From the NCBI RefSeq assembly GCF_036321535.1, contig NC_087436.1, positions 71,798,001 to 71,862,000 of the forward strand: DNA of 64,000 nucleotides, read 5' to 3'. A program made the position numbers and the translations under genes. Within the stretch, counting starts at the first letter, position 1; each line of letters begins with the position of its first letter. The notes beneath the pieces are model-generated. The model made no database searches. It worked only from the letters and a program-made list of their open reading frames with translations, and was not told the DNA's origin. The stretch comes from Camelus dromedarius (Eukaryota). Positions 1-10,702 of the stretch are shown piece by piece.

Positions 1-570
1 TCAGGCTCTTTTCAAAGAAGCAGCCAGAGAGAGCCTGTTAAAAAGAAAGTAGATCACGTCACTCCTCTCTTCAGAATCCTCTATTGGCCTCTAATCTCAT
101 TCACAATAAAAACCAAAATCCTTATAAGATCTGTCCAATGGTAGGATTCCATACTCCTCCTTTTACCTCTGTTTTCATCACTTACTATTCTACTATTCTT
201 ACTCTTTCCACTTTAGCCAAATTGGCTTTTCTGTTTTTCATTAAAAACGTTAATTAAAGCTGCAACTGCAAGATTTATGTATCGGCTGCTCCTCTGACAA
301 GACAGCTTCTCTCTCAGGCACAACTCACTGCCTTATCTATTTCAGGTCTGCTAAAAAGCCACCTTTTAAGTGATATGTAGATATTAAATATATAATTCTA
401 CCACCGTATTAAAAATGCAACATGATCTCCAATCCCAAACACTGCCTTAGCACTTCTCCGTTCAATTTTTTCTGCCCATAATCATTATCATTGTATGGCA
501 TACTATATATTTTTACCTACTTGTTAATAACTGTACTGTCCTCCTACTAAAGTGAAAGTCTCAAACAGCA
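1..570 (+). mobile_element. L2 LINE fragment
   Basis: gatcacgtcactcctct...tcacaataaaaaccaaaatcctt and downstream L2 3'-end-like motifs; boundaries approximate. Confidence 0.6.
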
Positions 571-1476
571 CTCAGTACTTTGTCTCTTAATAGCCGATTT
601 TACAGGCACTGATAGTCTTTAGACACATTGTTCTTTATCACCTTTTAGTAAGTTTAGGACAAATCCTTTCCACATTTCCCATATAAGAACATACTTTTCC
701 TCCCTTTCAAGTGCTTTCTCATTCTCTCTCTCCCTCAGGCACATACCCTCCTCTATTTTTCCATTTGAACTTTCATTCAATTTCCTTGTATGTATTAGCT
801 TTAAAATATCCTTTCAGGAATTACTCTAGCAACAGCTGAACTTCAGAACTTGTGAGAAAAGGTTATGTTAAAATTTATCTGGCACATGGCACCACACTTA
901 ACTAATGTAAAATCTGGCACATAGCACTCACTGTACTCCATTGTTTCTCAAGTTTTGCTGAACAAATATGACTCACAAACACACTCTGCTGTTTTGCTGA
1001 TCACCTCTAGTATTTTCAATGCCAAAGAATCTATCATCTTTATTTTCTTATTCTATTTCCCACTTGAACTAGCTTTAATATACTCTTCAAGGTGTTTATG
1101 ATTTTCTCTCTTGCCAGTCTCAAAAGGCACCACATTAAAAAATATCTGGAGAATATCAATAATATTGTAGGCTAGTTAAACTGAACTTTAACTAAGGAAT
1201 AAAACTGAAGTTAAAAGGAGAGTCAATCTATGAGAAGAATGGTAAAATAAATTCATAAAAACACAAAAAGTCAGATGAATGAAGATGAACACAGAGCCAA
1301 AGGAAACAGCAAATTCATACTCCTGCAATGATATAAACCTCTCTTTTATGGTCTTAAAAATGTTATATAGAAACATTAATTATACAAAAGACAATTTTTG
1401 AATGCTATTTTTTATTCTGTAAACTCATACATGAAAGAATACTCCAATTTTCTATTTAAAAGCAACTGCTAAAATA

Positions 1477-1741
1477 CATTTGGTCCTTGAACAACACAAG
1501 GGTAAAGGGTATCCATATTCCATTCAATTGAAAATCTGCAAATAACTTAGTCAGCCCTCCATACATGTGGGTTCCTCCATACATGTGGGTTCCTCCATAT
1601 CTGTGGTTCCTCTATATCCGTGTTTCTGCCTCCATGGATTCAACCAATCACAGACTGTGTAGCAATGAAATATTTACTAGTGAAAAAATGAGTGTAAGTA
1701 GACCTACGCAGTTCAGATCTGTGTTGTTCAAGGGTCAACTG
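1477..1741. mobile_element. MER8/Tigger2-type MITE with internal minisatellite expansion
   Basis: TIRs catttggtccttgaacaacac / gtgttgttcaagggtcaactg, flanked by TA on both sides. Confidence 0.8.
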
Positions 1742-2223
1742 TAAATAAAATGGCTTCTTTTTAGCTAGAGAAAAAAAAAGCCTCTGAGGAGTGAAGAAAT
1801 TAATATGTACTAATGATTCTTTTCCAGCTGCTTTCTTGGCATATTTTTCACTATACTATTCATAACTGTTTTACATATGAGATGGTGTGATTTTTATTGC
1901 ATAACATCATCAGAAAAACTTAAAAGGTCAAGTCACAAAATATTTATTTAGCCCTTATTAACCATAAACTATTATATAAAAGGAATTGTAGGACATACAA
2001 AAATAAAGTCTCTGGAACTCACTTACATTCAAGTTATGGAAACTAGATCAATGACTTTTTTTTTAACATTCATAAAACAAACAAATAAAAACCTTGCCTT
2101 TTAAAATGGTCAGAACTATGCATATGAATTAGAAAATGCCATGACTAATTACAAGTAATTTACTTCTTTGTCACCTAAACCTTTAAAGAAAACAAAACCT
2201 AAATAAGCAAAAAGTCCTTTATA

Positions 2224-2450
2224 ACATAGTGGCTAAGACGTCAGCCTTGTAGTCAGACAGACACTGCTGTCCCAGCACTGCTACTTATCGCCTATTTGAT
2301 TAAGTTACTTCTTTTCAGCTTTTCATTAGTAAAATGGGAATAAAAACAAAATCCATGCTAAGGCTTTTTGTGAGTATAAACAAGATATCACATGTAAAGT
2401 CGTTAGTATAGTACCCGGCACAAAATATATGCTTAGCTATTTTTATTATT
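2224..2450 (+). mobile_element. MIR SINE
   Basis: catagtggctaagacgtcag...aagttacttc...gtaaaatgggaataa...tagtacccggcaca core motifs. Confidence 0.7.
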
Positions 2451-2495
2451 TTTAAGAAAATGTTTTTCTATTGATCACAGTGAAAATATACTTAC

Positions 2496-2652
2496 TTGTC
2501 CGACTGCCCTGCATTTGCTGTGCTTTCAGCTCTCATACGGGTAAGTGCAGCAGCAGCTTCATCCAACGCACAACTAACAGATGATGTCAACCTCCGAAGC
2601 ACTTCAGGATCTGCAAAGGCTTTACCATCAGCCGTAGATAATTTGCCTATTC
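2496..2652 (-). CDS. ANKRD17: ANKRD17 exon 3 (157 nt): (G)IGKLSTADGKAFADPEVLRRLTSSVSCALDEAAAALTRMRAESTANAGQSD(N)
   Basis: Acceptor taatag|GA completes the phase-1 Gly codon from exon 2; donor is GACAA|gtaagt (phase 2). The peptide precedes the first ankyrin repeat of ANKRD17. Confidence 0.96.
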
Positions 2653-3445
2653 CTATTACATTATTTTCACACCAATTTGGATATACCCAAAGGGAGAAAT
2701 AAAGCAAAATTCAAGTTACTTAACTCAATTTATGTTAACCTTCAAATGATAACACTGGACATACATATTATCTGGTCATAATCTTTTGGGAAATGACTGT
2801 TTCACAATTCTCTCATAATCTTATTCTTTCCATGTGGTCCATAAGTGCTTGACCCTGTGATTCTCTGGTTCTAAAATGGGTCAACTGAGTGTCCTCACTC
2901 AGACTTCTGCCATACATTTGTGAGAAGAACCTATGTTCGAGGGTTGCTAAATTGCTAAGATGTGAGTCATGAGCTATTTTGCCACTTTTATCACCACAAA
3001 AAGAAAAAGACTACCCAAAATAAGTCAACACAGAAGAGAATAGAGAAATAGAAAGGGTACAGTTCTGACAGTTATATTTGACTCACTGACACTAGCAGTG
3101 CCAGAAGCCAGCGCCATCCGTGTACTTTTGGCAAATGCTCACTTTCATTTAAGAATGTTTAGTTGGGCTACTACCACTTGTAACCAAAAATGGCCAGGTA
3201 AGACATTATAGGCTATATATAAGATAACCTATCTATGAGTACCTATTTGCTTCAAATTATGACTACAACTTATTATATACCCAAAATCATATCTAAAAGC
3301 ACTATATTTAAAAACATTCAGAATAGCAAAATAAAAAAATTTCAAAAGCAGAAATGGTTAGTTACCATGAACATGAAACATAACTTGCTGCTATTCTAGA
3401 TATCACTATAAAGCAAGCTTATCTCTAACCTTTATTATTCTAACT

Positions 3446-3806
3446 CAGTGGTACTTAATCCAGTCTGTCCATCAATGGAGACTTTCAAAAATAGAGAGGC
3501 TGAGCGCTCCTATACCTAAAGATGCAATTCAGTAAGTGAGGCCTAGATATCTACACATTTTAAAGACTCTAAGGAGATTCTGATGCACAGCCAGGATTAA
3601 GAATCTTTGCTTTAACTTGAAGATAGGACATCTAATGATAGGATATTACAGAACCCTGCTAATCAACATGTGGTTCATAAACTAGAAGCACTGCTGTCAC
3701 TTGGGAGTTTGTTAGAAATGTAGAATCTCAGGGCCCCAAATTTACTGCATTTTTAAAAAAGATCCCCAAATGATTCAAATGCACATTAAAGTTTAAGAAA
3801 CACTAT
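3446..3806. mobile_element. Two adjacent MER5-type hAT MITEs
   Basis: gattctgatgcacagccagg, gggagtttgttagaaatgtagaatctcagg and gcacattaaagtttaagaaacact. Confidence 0.7.
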
Positions 3807-5463
3807 TACAGGTTTTAAAACAAACTAACTAAGACCAAAAAGATCTCTCAAATTATGATAATTAACATCTGTACAGATTTCTTTTAATAGCAGAAGGACT
3901 TAATAATATCATATAAGTTTGTGTTTTAAGTTTATAAAAATAAAGTTTCTATGTGTTTGCTTTTCTTTCTGAAAAATCCAAGATATGAAATGTTACATGT
4001 TATGGAACCAAAAATAAATTTGGCAGGATGACTTTCTGATTTTAGGTATAACAAATGTTCAGAGCAGTCAAATTTAGTGTCTGCTACAATCAAGATGTAC
4101 AAAGGATAAAAAACAGTCTTGGTCTCATTAGACTAATACCTACTATATAATTTGTGTCACTAATAGTAAAAGTTAACTGTAGTCTGAATCTGCTATAGTA
4201 TTATTTACTCAATGAGATAACTGTGGTTAGTTAAGTACGCTAACATTATTGAGCCGAAAATGACAAATACATTTTCACATCAGAGAATTAGCTCCAATAT
4301 TTTAGCCAACTCAGATTGGCTATATAATAACTATTTGTCAGTGACAGAAATAGAATTAGACAAGAGGATACATATGGATCAGTAGAACGTAATTCCTGTT
4401 TTAGAAAGAAAAAACATTGAAAACAGTATTTCATATTAAATTTTTAAGAACTTTTCATATCTTCATAAGTAAAAACGATTTTAGTAAAAATAACTAGGAA
4501 GTAGCTTAAGAAACACTTAGTAATCTTTCAAATGAATAAACAGTGATTGAAAATTAATTTCTTCTAGCTACTCTGGATTATGGTGATCCTTTTTTTACTG
4601 GTCTTATCCAATCAGTGAAGGTCAAATAAATAATAGAAAAGATATGTGATGACCAGATTATTCTTTCCAAGTTATGACATTTAATCAGTTAAACAACAGA
4701 ACCACATAAGTTCAGAGAAAAGGTGCATTAAAAGATTATCTAGATTTCTGATTCCAAGATCATTTAAAGATAATTATTTTTCCCCTTTTTCTTCTTAGAA
4801 TTTACTCAAAGGAGAACTAAAATATAGCAGGAACTCCATCTTTGATAAAACTAGAAGAAATTTGTAAATCCAAGCTAATATTTGTGAAGACATAGTAAAG
4901 AGGAGATGCACCTGACTTAGCAGAACAGAATAAACAGAAACATAGATATCAAAGAGAGACAAGGTGATAGGCCCAACAGGACTCAGGAGTTATATATGGT
5001 TCCAGGTTCAGGGGTGAGGCTTGGGTTGGAAAATAGAGACTGGCTGAACACCTGCAAGGAGCAGTTAGACACTGAAGACTCCATCCGCAAACTTCACAGC
5101 CAAATGACTACTCTCTATAGAACCTATCCAGAAAGGCCCTGGGCTAAGAGACACTGCGTATAGATGAGGCAGAGATGATACTAAATTGAAAACTAGGATT
5201 AAGTTAACATATGCATGATAAACAGTGACATCCTTAGCCCCCTTTCTACTCTCAGCTCCCAAAAAGCTGGCAGCCAGGTTGATAACTGACTAGACAAAAA
5301 CAGGTATTTGTGTCTCTTCAGAAACTGAACAGCCACAGAGAAAAGACTTAAAGATATTGACATTTGGGGGCCCTCAAAGAAATGGAGGGGTTTCTGTCCA
5401 ATCACTGATATACTAGGAATTCTAAAATGTTCCCAACATTAGCCAGCTCTGGTGTGCACACTC

Positions 5464-6020
5464 TGTATAGTCTCTGCAACTGTATGTTTGATAGATTTTA
5501 TCCCCATGATTAGGTTATGTTATATGGCACAGTTGACCTGAAGACAGGAAGATTATCTAGGTGGGCCTGACCTTATCACATGAGCCCAGGAAGTGTAAAG
5601 AAATTTCTTTGGCTGACTGGAGAAAAGGAAGCCAGTATTCAAAGCACAAGGATTCCACATGGGATGCTGATATGAAGAGGGAGGAGCCACATGTCAAAGA
5701 ATGTGGGCAACCTCAAAGATATGAGAGCAGCCCCAGCTGACGGTCCGTACGGAAATCAGGATCTCAGTCCTACAATTCTAAGGAACTGAATTCTGTTACC
5801 AGCAATAATAAACTTGGAGCGGATTTTCTCCCACAGCCTATAGATGAAAACTCAGCTTAGCTAACACCTTGATTTCAGCCCATGAGACCCTGAACAAGTG
5901 AATCTAGCCACACTACATGACCAGATGTCTTATCTACAGAAACTAAGAGATAGTAAATGAGTGTTGTATAATACTGTTTTGTTTATAATAAATTGCTATG
6001 CTGTAATAGAAAACTAATTA
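5464..6020 (+). mobile_element. MaLR solo LTR (MLT1D/E-like) within old L1 sequence
   Basis: gattatctaggtgggcctgacc, ctcagtcctacaa...aaggaactgaattctg, caccttgatttcagcc and aatagaaaactaat end motifs. Confidence 0.8.
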
Positions 6021-6399
6021 TATAATATATAATAAATACTTTATGGTGAAATCCACCAGTTGACAAAACACACGTTATCTTCCAATTTAGTTTTTAAAGG
6101 CATTGCTATTGACTACAAATAAAACTTAGTGTTCATCAGACATCTGAAGAATGTATTAAATGTGAAAGACAGCCAAAAAATTCTCAAAATGAGAGCAAAA
6201 TTTTAAAATGCCAAAAATTCTTATACTACAAAGGAAGATGAGTAAAGAACAGTAACAGAGACAGGATATCAGAAATAAGGTTAGTGTCAAATTTTTGAAC
6301 CACAAAACCAGGAGACAAGGAGCAGTAACTTTAAAAGTCTGAAATAAAGCGATTTTTAAACTAGAATTCTATAACTAGTCAAACTATCAGGTATGAGGA

Positions 6400-7085
6400 C
6401 AGTACAAAAGGCATTTTCAGACAAGGTCTCCAAAACCTCTACATCCTTTTCGGAGACACCTAAGCCATGATCAATTGCAATATCACAAAAAGAGAAACAA
6501 CGAGAGCACCTACGTGGTACACAAGGAAATATTTATCCATGAATAAATATTCTTGCCAAAAACAAAATGAAGTTGAATCTGGTCAGATATTTGAATCTGA
6601 ATACTGATTTACAGAAAATACAACATACAGAGGTGCAACTAGCAAAGTCCATAAAATGGGACAAATGACTCAGTTTCTTCAACAAATATGTTAAAAAAAA
6701 AAAGAGAGAGAGAGAGAACAAAAAGGAACTGTTAAAATTAAAAGACACTTAAGAAAAATAATTTCAAAACTATATAAAACTTGTTTGGATCCTAATTCAA
6801 ACAAATCAATTACAAAAGATCATTATGAAACAACTGGGGAAATCTCAACACTGACAGGATGATTTGGCAGCATTAAAGAATTACTATTATTTTCTTTCTT
6901 TGGATGTGCAACAATATTATATTTCTTTCTAAAAAAAAATTTCAGCATGGTGGTAATGAGTTAAGATGAAATAAAACTGTCCATACATTAATAGCTGTTG
7001 AAGCTGGATGATCGATACGCCAAGGGTTCATTGTGCTATTCTCTCTAGGTTTGTGTGTGAAAATTTTCATTTAAAAAAGTAAATA
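6400..7085 (+). mobile_element. Old L1 (L1MC-like) 3' end
   Basis: ttaaaagagacacttaag, tttggatcctaattcaaacaa, gggttcattgtgctattctctct and an A-rich tail; boundaries approximate. Confidence 0.6.
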
Positions 7086-8005
7086 AAAGAGGGAGGGAGA
7101 GAAGTGCGAGAGAAAGAAGGGGTGGGAGAGCCTGGCTTACTAGCTACTATGAAGAAAACAGACCAAAAAATGGGAATAAATTCTGAAATGAGAAAAATGA
7201 AGCAACTATTAGCATCCTATGAAAAGGAACACTACCTCTAAAAGTAGCTCCTTTAAGCTGAAATCTACTTTCATGTAGCATCTTCACTGGTTCTGCCTCT
7301 TAGCACCAAAGAAAACAAATACCATCTTGTATTCAACTCGAGTCTTCTCATCTTCAGGAGAAACATCCCCTGTTCCTCTTGTGACATGTTTTCAAATAAT
7401 TTCTCAATCCTCATTTCCCTCATGTAAACTTCTATAGCAATATCAAATTTTAGGCAAAAACTAAATTATATCACTACTATTTCATACAGTTTCCTATATT
7501 CAAGGACAGAATCTTGCATGTGTCCCTACTATATTTTCACCTGCATTTGGTCAAGATCCCTTTAATAATCCATTCTAGAATTTTTCCCAGGACAGAAATC
7601 AAATTTAACTATGAGTTCTTCAAATATTAAATACTATGTTATTTTTATTGACAGGATTACCAAACAGCAGTAGGTCAGTTTTATGCTATAATAAAATATC
7701 AATTTACATGCCTTGCATGTACAATAATATTTAGCACTAGTTCAGGGTGCTCAAGCCATGAACAATTAATGTTCACCATATATTTATGTGTACTTCAGAA
7801 AAGTTAAGAAAATATGGTAATTTTAAATGATTATGGAGATTTAGTTACTATTCCCTTATTTTTAAGGCATGTTATATATTATGGTACTAAATCTGATTAC
7901 GTACATAAACTCTAAAACAGTACTCCTATGAAGACAATATAATGATAACCCACTTTACAAGGTTTTAAGAGACAGTCTATGACAAAAAAGTGGGGCAATT
8001 ATATA

Positions 8006-8661
8006 CAATCAACTCTTATTATTCATGGTAGTTATGTTCTGTAAAGTCACTGAGAATACTGAATTAAAGAATACTTAACCATTGCTCTAAGGGGAAAAAT
8101 AGGACTAGGTGCCTGTGAACTTCTGGCCACAGCATTTTGCATCAACCAGTCAATACATAAGCTTGTTTTATGTGTGTTTTTGTTTAAAAATAATCTTATT
8201 TAGTATATCATTGATTCATTAACATTGAATTCACTGCCAACAGCACTTTAACTCATGCCAAAGCAGCTTATTCAATACATGGATTTTCTCCACAAGGCAC
8301 ACCACACAGCCTTCTCACATTTAGGAACACTAGGTAGCACTTCAGCATTATACCTGAGGGCCATTTTGAACAGTGAAATCACCTAAAAAAAGGCACCAAA
8401 AAGTGGAAAAAGTGGTACTAAGTAGATCATGAAAAGGACACTTGTTTACAGTATGAGAGCTACCACAAAAAGGCAGAGAGCATCACCTTATTCCACCAGA
8501 GTAGAAAACATGCACGTACAACAACTCAAAATTTCCATCATTCTGTGCATTTCTATGAAAGATTTAGAAAGTGTTGTAAGTACACATCTGGGGGTATAAA
8601 TAAATTTTATCAAGTAGGTGAATTTGCAAAAATAGAATTTAGGACTGATGAAAACTAACTG
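8006..8661. mobile_element. MER82 (Tigger family) DNA transposon, full length
   Basis: TA-flanked; begins caatcaactcttattattcatggtagttatgttctgtaaagtc and ends gatgaaaactaactg; 656 bp. Confidence 0.8.
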
Positions 8662-8902
8662 TATAAGAAGTACATGTTTATAAGGTCGACAACAATATGC
8701 AGATTTTATTCTGGTAATGAAAATATGCTTTAATGAAATGTTCTCTGTAATTTTCTAGAAAGTATCTATTAACCTTTACGAACAGTCTTATACTAAAAAT
8801 CCAAGATCATACATTTATAATAACAGGAGTTTTTAATTGCATTTATGTGTAACTTTGGAAAATCAGGTAGGTTTGTTACGTATGTAGAGCTTGCAGACTT
8901 AC

Positions 8903-9056
8903 CTGCAGCTTCTAGTAAAGCTTCCAGTCTAGCTTGTGTTTCTGGGTCTACTGTCCTGAGGTCTGCACCATCAGCAGTACCTGACAAGAGTAACTTGGAA
9001 GCCGTTTCCAGCATTGGATTTTCCAAATCATCCTGATCCAAAATGAAAGACTCCAC
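8903..9056 (-). CDS. ANKRD17: ANKRD17 exon 2 (154 nt): VESFILDQDDLENPMLETASKLLLSGTADGADLRTVDPETQARLEALLEAA(G)
   Basis: Long polypyrimidine tract with a ttttctag|GTG acceptor and a GCAG|gtaagt donor. The peptide is the MASK-family N-terminal conserved block, with ANKRD17-type residues (DDLENPMLETASKLLLSGT) rather than ANKHD1-type. Confidence 0.96.
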
Positions 9057-9427
9057 CTAGAAAACAAATACAAAACAAGGAAGGAAGGGAGGAATGAAAG
9101 GAAAGATGGAAAGTGGGAAGAGAAATAAACAGAAGAAAAAGGAACAGGGGAGAAAAATATTTAACGTAAATATCAATGATAAATACAACACAATACTTAA
9201 TCATTTCAATAGGATATATAAGCCCATTGTTTAAGGGAGAAAATTACATTTATAGAATAATTTAAGAATGTATTATTCATATTATATGTAGTCTAATTTT
9301 TTTTTCTTACTGAAATCATATGTATTCTTTCCTATTTTAATTTCATGGGGCAAGGGTAGTGGATGAGAGAGGTTACAAGGTTAATGCTTAGACACGAAAC
9401 CTTTGACACTTTGGTAGAGGACCTAAT

Positions 9428-10702
9428 CAGCCATTTTTAAATCTTTTGTTCCTAGGACACCTTTATACAACTATAAAGTGCTGTGCTGCTCCCAAGGACT
9501 TCAAATAAGGATTACCTTTATTAATATTTATCATATTAGAAATTAAACTACAGTATCAAAAATCACATCATTAATATCGCTAATGTTTTCATTACAAAAG
9601 TTCTTAAGTACTGGAAAGCTGTGAAGCCCAGGCAAATGCAATTTCCAAAATTCTAATTTGTGACCTTCCATGAAGAGGTGGGAGCAATATAAGATGGGAA
9701 GATCCTATGGTGCTTTAAGTATTTAATCTATAAAATAAATAACTGAATCTTAAGGGATAACACAGCTTTTAATAGGTTAGCAATTTTGGTTATGGTAGCC
9801 TAGGTGAATAAAAGAAGCTCCAAGTGATTAAAATTTAGATCACCTATTCAAAATGCTTTATCACTTATTGATCCAATACACTGATTAACAGAACAAAGTA
9901 CTCTAGGGATAACAGCTCAATTCAAATTTAGAGTTCACTTCAACAACAGAGTTTATAGCCTCAAAACTGGATCAGAATATCCCAATATTGTAACTGCTGT
10001 AAATAGTTCGTTCAATGATTAAAGTTCTGTGAGATCTGAAAAAAAATTTCTGATTTGTGCTTGAAAGCTTAACTTTATCCCTGGTAACAAATACTGTTGA
10101 TTGTTTTCCTAAAAGTGACAGGCTTACTTCAATCATTTTTGAGAATGCCACATGCCCAAGTTTGACAGGCACAGTGTCTCCGTCAGTTATATTTTCCAGC
10201 AGAAATGGCATTTCATGGGAAAAAAAAAAAGTGGCAAATTCATGTCACATCTCAAAAAAGCCCAAGTGCTCTTCCCTCCAACACCACCATACTTTCATTT
10301 TCAGAAGTGCTTTATGTGTACTTCCCATTTTGTCATACACAGTAGCATTAAAAAGACATGTATTCGAAGGCAGAGACTTCATAAAATTAATATTTATTGC
10401 TCTAATAAGATCATTCTTAAGGGGAAACTGACTTTTAATTTTATTTTTTTTAAACAGTGAGTATATGGCAGTGAGTATATGGATGAATACAATGATACTA
10501 GTAAAATTTGGTGCAACAACCTTGATTAAGGGGATAGCAGTTTTACCTACCATTGCTTTTGTATCATCAGTGCAAATACCAACACAGTAAAAAGGCAAAT
10601 AACATATTAATATTGTGATAAAAATAGTTTTGACCGCTTGAACATCCTCAAATTGTCTCTGGGAACTTGAGACAGCTACAGACCAAACACTGAGAATCAC
10701 TG
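9428..10702. mobile_element. Charlie1-family hAT DNA transposon fossil, split by the NUMT
   Basis: Degenerate CAG...CTG termini (cagccatttttaaatcttttg / gaccaaacactgagaatcactg) and Charlie1 internal motifs (gcttgaaagct, aagtgacaggcttacttc, agaagtgctttatgtgtacttcccattttgtca). Confidence 0.85.
9661..10039 (+). pseudogene. MT-RNR2: NUMT: diverged fragment of the 3' half of mitochondrial 16S rRNA
   Basis: Collinear degenerate matches to conserved 16S motifs: tgaccttccatgaagagg, gaagatcctatggtgctttaa, ttgatccaa, ctagggataacagctcaat, tggatcagaatatccc, gttcaatgattaaagttctgtgagatctga. Confidence 0.93.

Noticed and set aside
2496..2702. + strand ORFs 2496-2702 and 8845-9036
   Set aside because: Antisense shadows of ANKRD17 exons 3 and 2; no independent coding evidence.
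9661..9690. Humanin-like (MTRNR2L) peptide gene in the NUMT
   Set aside because: The fragment begins only in the last few codons of the humanin-homologous interval, so the start codon and most of the ORF are missing.
9972..10700. Cluster of 79-151 aa ORFs
   Set aside because: They overlap the decayed Charlie1 transposon and the NUMT junction; no intact transposase or other protein.
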